This document shows positions 30,595-32,000 of a stretch of 32,000 nucleotides of DNA, piece by piece; within the stretch, counting starts at the first letter, position 1; each line of letters opens with the position of its first letter. Origin of the DNA: Wolbachia endosymbiont of Drosophila innubila (lineage in GTDB: Bacteria > Pseudomonadota > Alphaproteobacteria > Rickettsiales > Anaplasmataceae); the NCBI RefSeq assembly GCF_021378375.1, contig NZ_CP076228.1, positions 330,001-362,000 of the forward strand, in the 5' to 3' direction. Position numbers and translations under genes: made by a program. Under the pieces are notes generated by a model. That model saw only the letters and a program-made list of their open reading frames with translations. It ran no database searches and was not told the origin of the DNA.

Positions 30595-31307
30595 TTTGTT
30601 CCAATGTGTAATGCCACTATTCCATAGCTCATATTATGAAACTCAACATTCTTAAAGCCTACCTCTTCAATTTCCATTTTAAAATCAGCCTGAGTTGGAA
30701 ACTCTCTAATGCTCCTCACTAAATATTCATAAGAACTCTTGTCTTTAGCAACTATGCTGCCAATTTTAGGAATTACTTTAAATGAATATAAGTCATAAAG
30801 TTTGGTAAATATCTCATTTTGATAGTGCATAGGGGCAAATTCTAAGCAGATAAATTTCCCATGTGGTTTTAATACCCTGTGCGCCTCATTTAAAGCCTTC
30901 TTGCGGTCAGAAACATTTCGAATGCCAAAAGCTATTGTGCAATAATCAAATTCGGAGTCTTCAAATGGTAAACTTTCTGCACTTGCACATACCCAATCAA
31001 AATTAATTTGGTTTGAATTTATAGCTTTATCACGTCCTCTGTTTAGCATGTTTTGATTTATATCGCATACTGTAACCTTAGCACTTGGCTCTTTTCTTAC
31101 TACTCTTATTGCTATATCTCCAGTTCCTCCAGCAACATCTAAAACCTTAGAGTTTTTTGTAAAATGCACACTATTTACCATCTTATCTTTCCATAATCTG
31201 TGCATTCCGAGGCTCATTATATCATTCATGGTGTCGTAGCGACTTGCCACGGAATCGAATACCTCTTTAACTAATTGTGATTTCTTCTCGATTTTTATAG
31301 TAGACAT
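30591..31307 (-). CDS. ubiE: Ubiquinone/menaquinone biosynthesis C-methyltransferase
   Basis: 238 aa: [57 protein letters not shown]. Confidence 0.96.
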   Translation of the reverse strand: MSTIKIEKKSQLVKEVFDSVASRYDTMNDIMSLGMHRLWKDKMVNSVHFTKNSKVLDVAGGTGDIAIRVVRKEPSAKVTVCDINQNMLNRGRDKAINSNQINFDWVCASAESLPFEDSEFDYCTIAFGIRNVSDRKKALNEAHRVLKPHGKFICLEFAPMHYQNEIFTKLYDLYSFKVIPKIGSIVAKDKSSYEYLVRSIREFPTQADFKMEIEEVGFKNVEFHNMSYGIVALHIGTK

Positions 31308-31360
31308 TACGTAAAAACTCCTTTATAATTAGTAAAAATTAATTTGAATTAACACAAATG

Positions 31361-32000
31361 TCAACGACAGGCCTTGAGCCTGTTAAAATCTTCTTCAGCG
31401 TGGTATGATGACCGAGTTAGTGGGCTTGATGCAACCACTAAGAAACCTTTGGAGTAAGCAATGTATTTATAATGCTCAAACTCTTCTGGGGTAACATACC
31501 TATCAAGTTTTGCATGTTTTGGAGTTGGTTGTAGATATTGACCAATTGTAATAAAATCAACCTCAGCACTGCGCAAATCGTCCATAACCTGAAGTATTTC
31601 CTCTTTTGTTTCTCCAAGACCAACCATAAGCCCTGACTTTGTGAAAACTTTAGGATTAATCTGCTTTACCATCTTCAACAAATATAGTGAATGAAAATAG
31701 CGAGCTCGTGGTCTTATTTTTGCATACAATCTCGGCACTGTTTCAATATTGTGGTTATAGACATCAGGTGATGCAACAGCGATTGCTTCAAATGCTCCTT
31801 TCTTATTTAAAAAATCAGGAGTTAAAATCTCTATTGTTGTTTCTGAAGTTATCTTTCTAATTTCTTCTATGCACTGTATAAACTGATTTGCGCCACCATC
31901 TGGCAAATCATCACGATCAACGGAAGTAATGACAACATGTTTTAAGTTTAACTTTTTTATTGCTTTTGCTAAATTTTCTGGTTCATGAGGATCTAGTTTA
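31361..32000 (-). CDS. lipA: Lipoyl synthase (5' end lies outside the window)
   Basis: Reverse-strand reading continues to the window edge: ...[39 protein letters not shown]...[22 protein letters not shown]...[15 protein letters not shown]...[21 protein letters not shown]. Confidence 0.96.
   Translation of the reverse strand, partial: KLDPHEPENLAKAIKKLNLKHVVITSVDRDDLPDGGANQFIQCIEEIRKITSETTIEILTPDFLNKKGAFEAIAVASPDVYNHNIETVPRLYAKIRPRARYFHSLYLLKMVKQINPKVFTKSGLMVGLGETKEEILQVMDDLRSAEVDFITIGQYLQPTPKHAKLDRYVTPEEFEHYKYIAYSKGFLVVASSPLTRSSYHAEEDFNRLKACR

Overview
This 32 kb window looks like a Wolbachia (Rickettsiales) chromosome; the assignment is inferred from gene content and protein similarity, not from a search. 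Housekeeping genes: ABC transporter (partial), murB, hemC, sucB, secA, ftsW, ubiE, lipA (partial). They are separated by mobile and accessory DNA: two near-identical copies of a ~2.29 kb group II intron, two copies of a 915/916 bp IS5-family element (ISWpi1-like), Rpn-family nuclease genes, an ankyrin-repeat gene, and a cluster resembling the prophage-WO regulatory island (three tandem-HTH regulators, a RadC/JAMM protein, a 412 aa unknown). The mutL gene is truncated. The best lead is a split gene at 10140..14534 (minus). Removing the IS plus one copy of its 3 bp target duplication restores one ~1158 aa ORF: a putative PD-(D/E)XK-like nuclease domain, an NB-ARC/STAND NTPase, and about ten 42-aa kinesin-light-chain-like TPRs. 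That layout resembles STAND anti-phage or innate immune proteins. Other leads: a group II intron inside rpn at ATG|CAG whose splicing would restore the ORF; a second intron copy fused exactly at its 5' end to truncated mutL; a set of single-base homopolymer contractions that separate the repeat copies; and a ~30 aa C-terminal motif shared by the Rpn nucleases and the HTH regulators.
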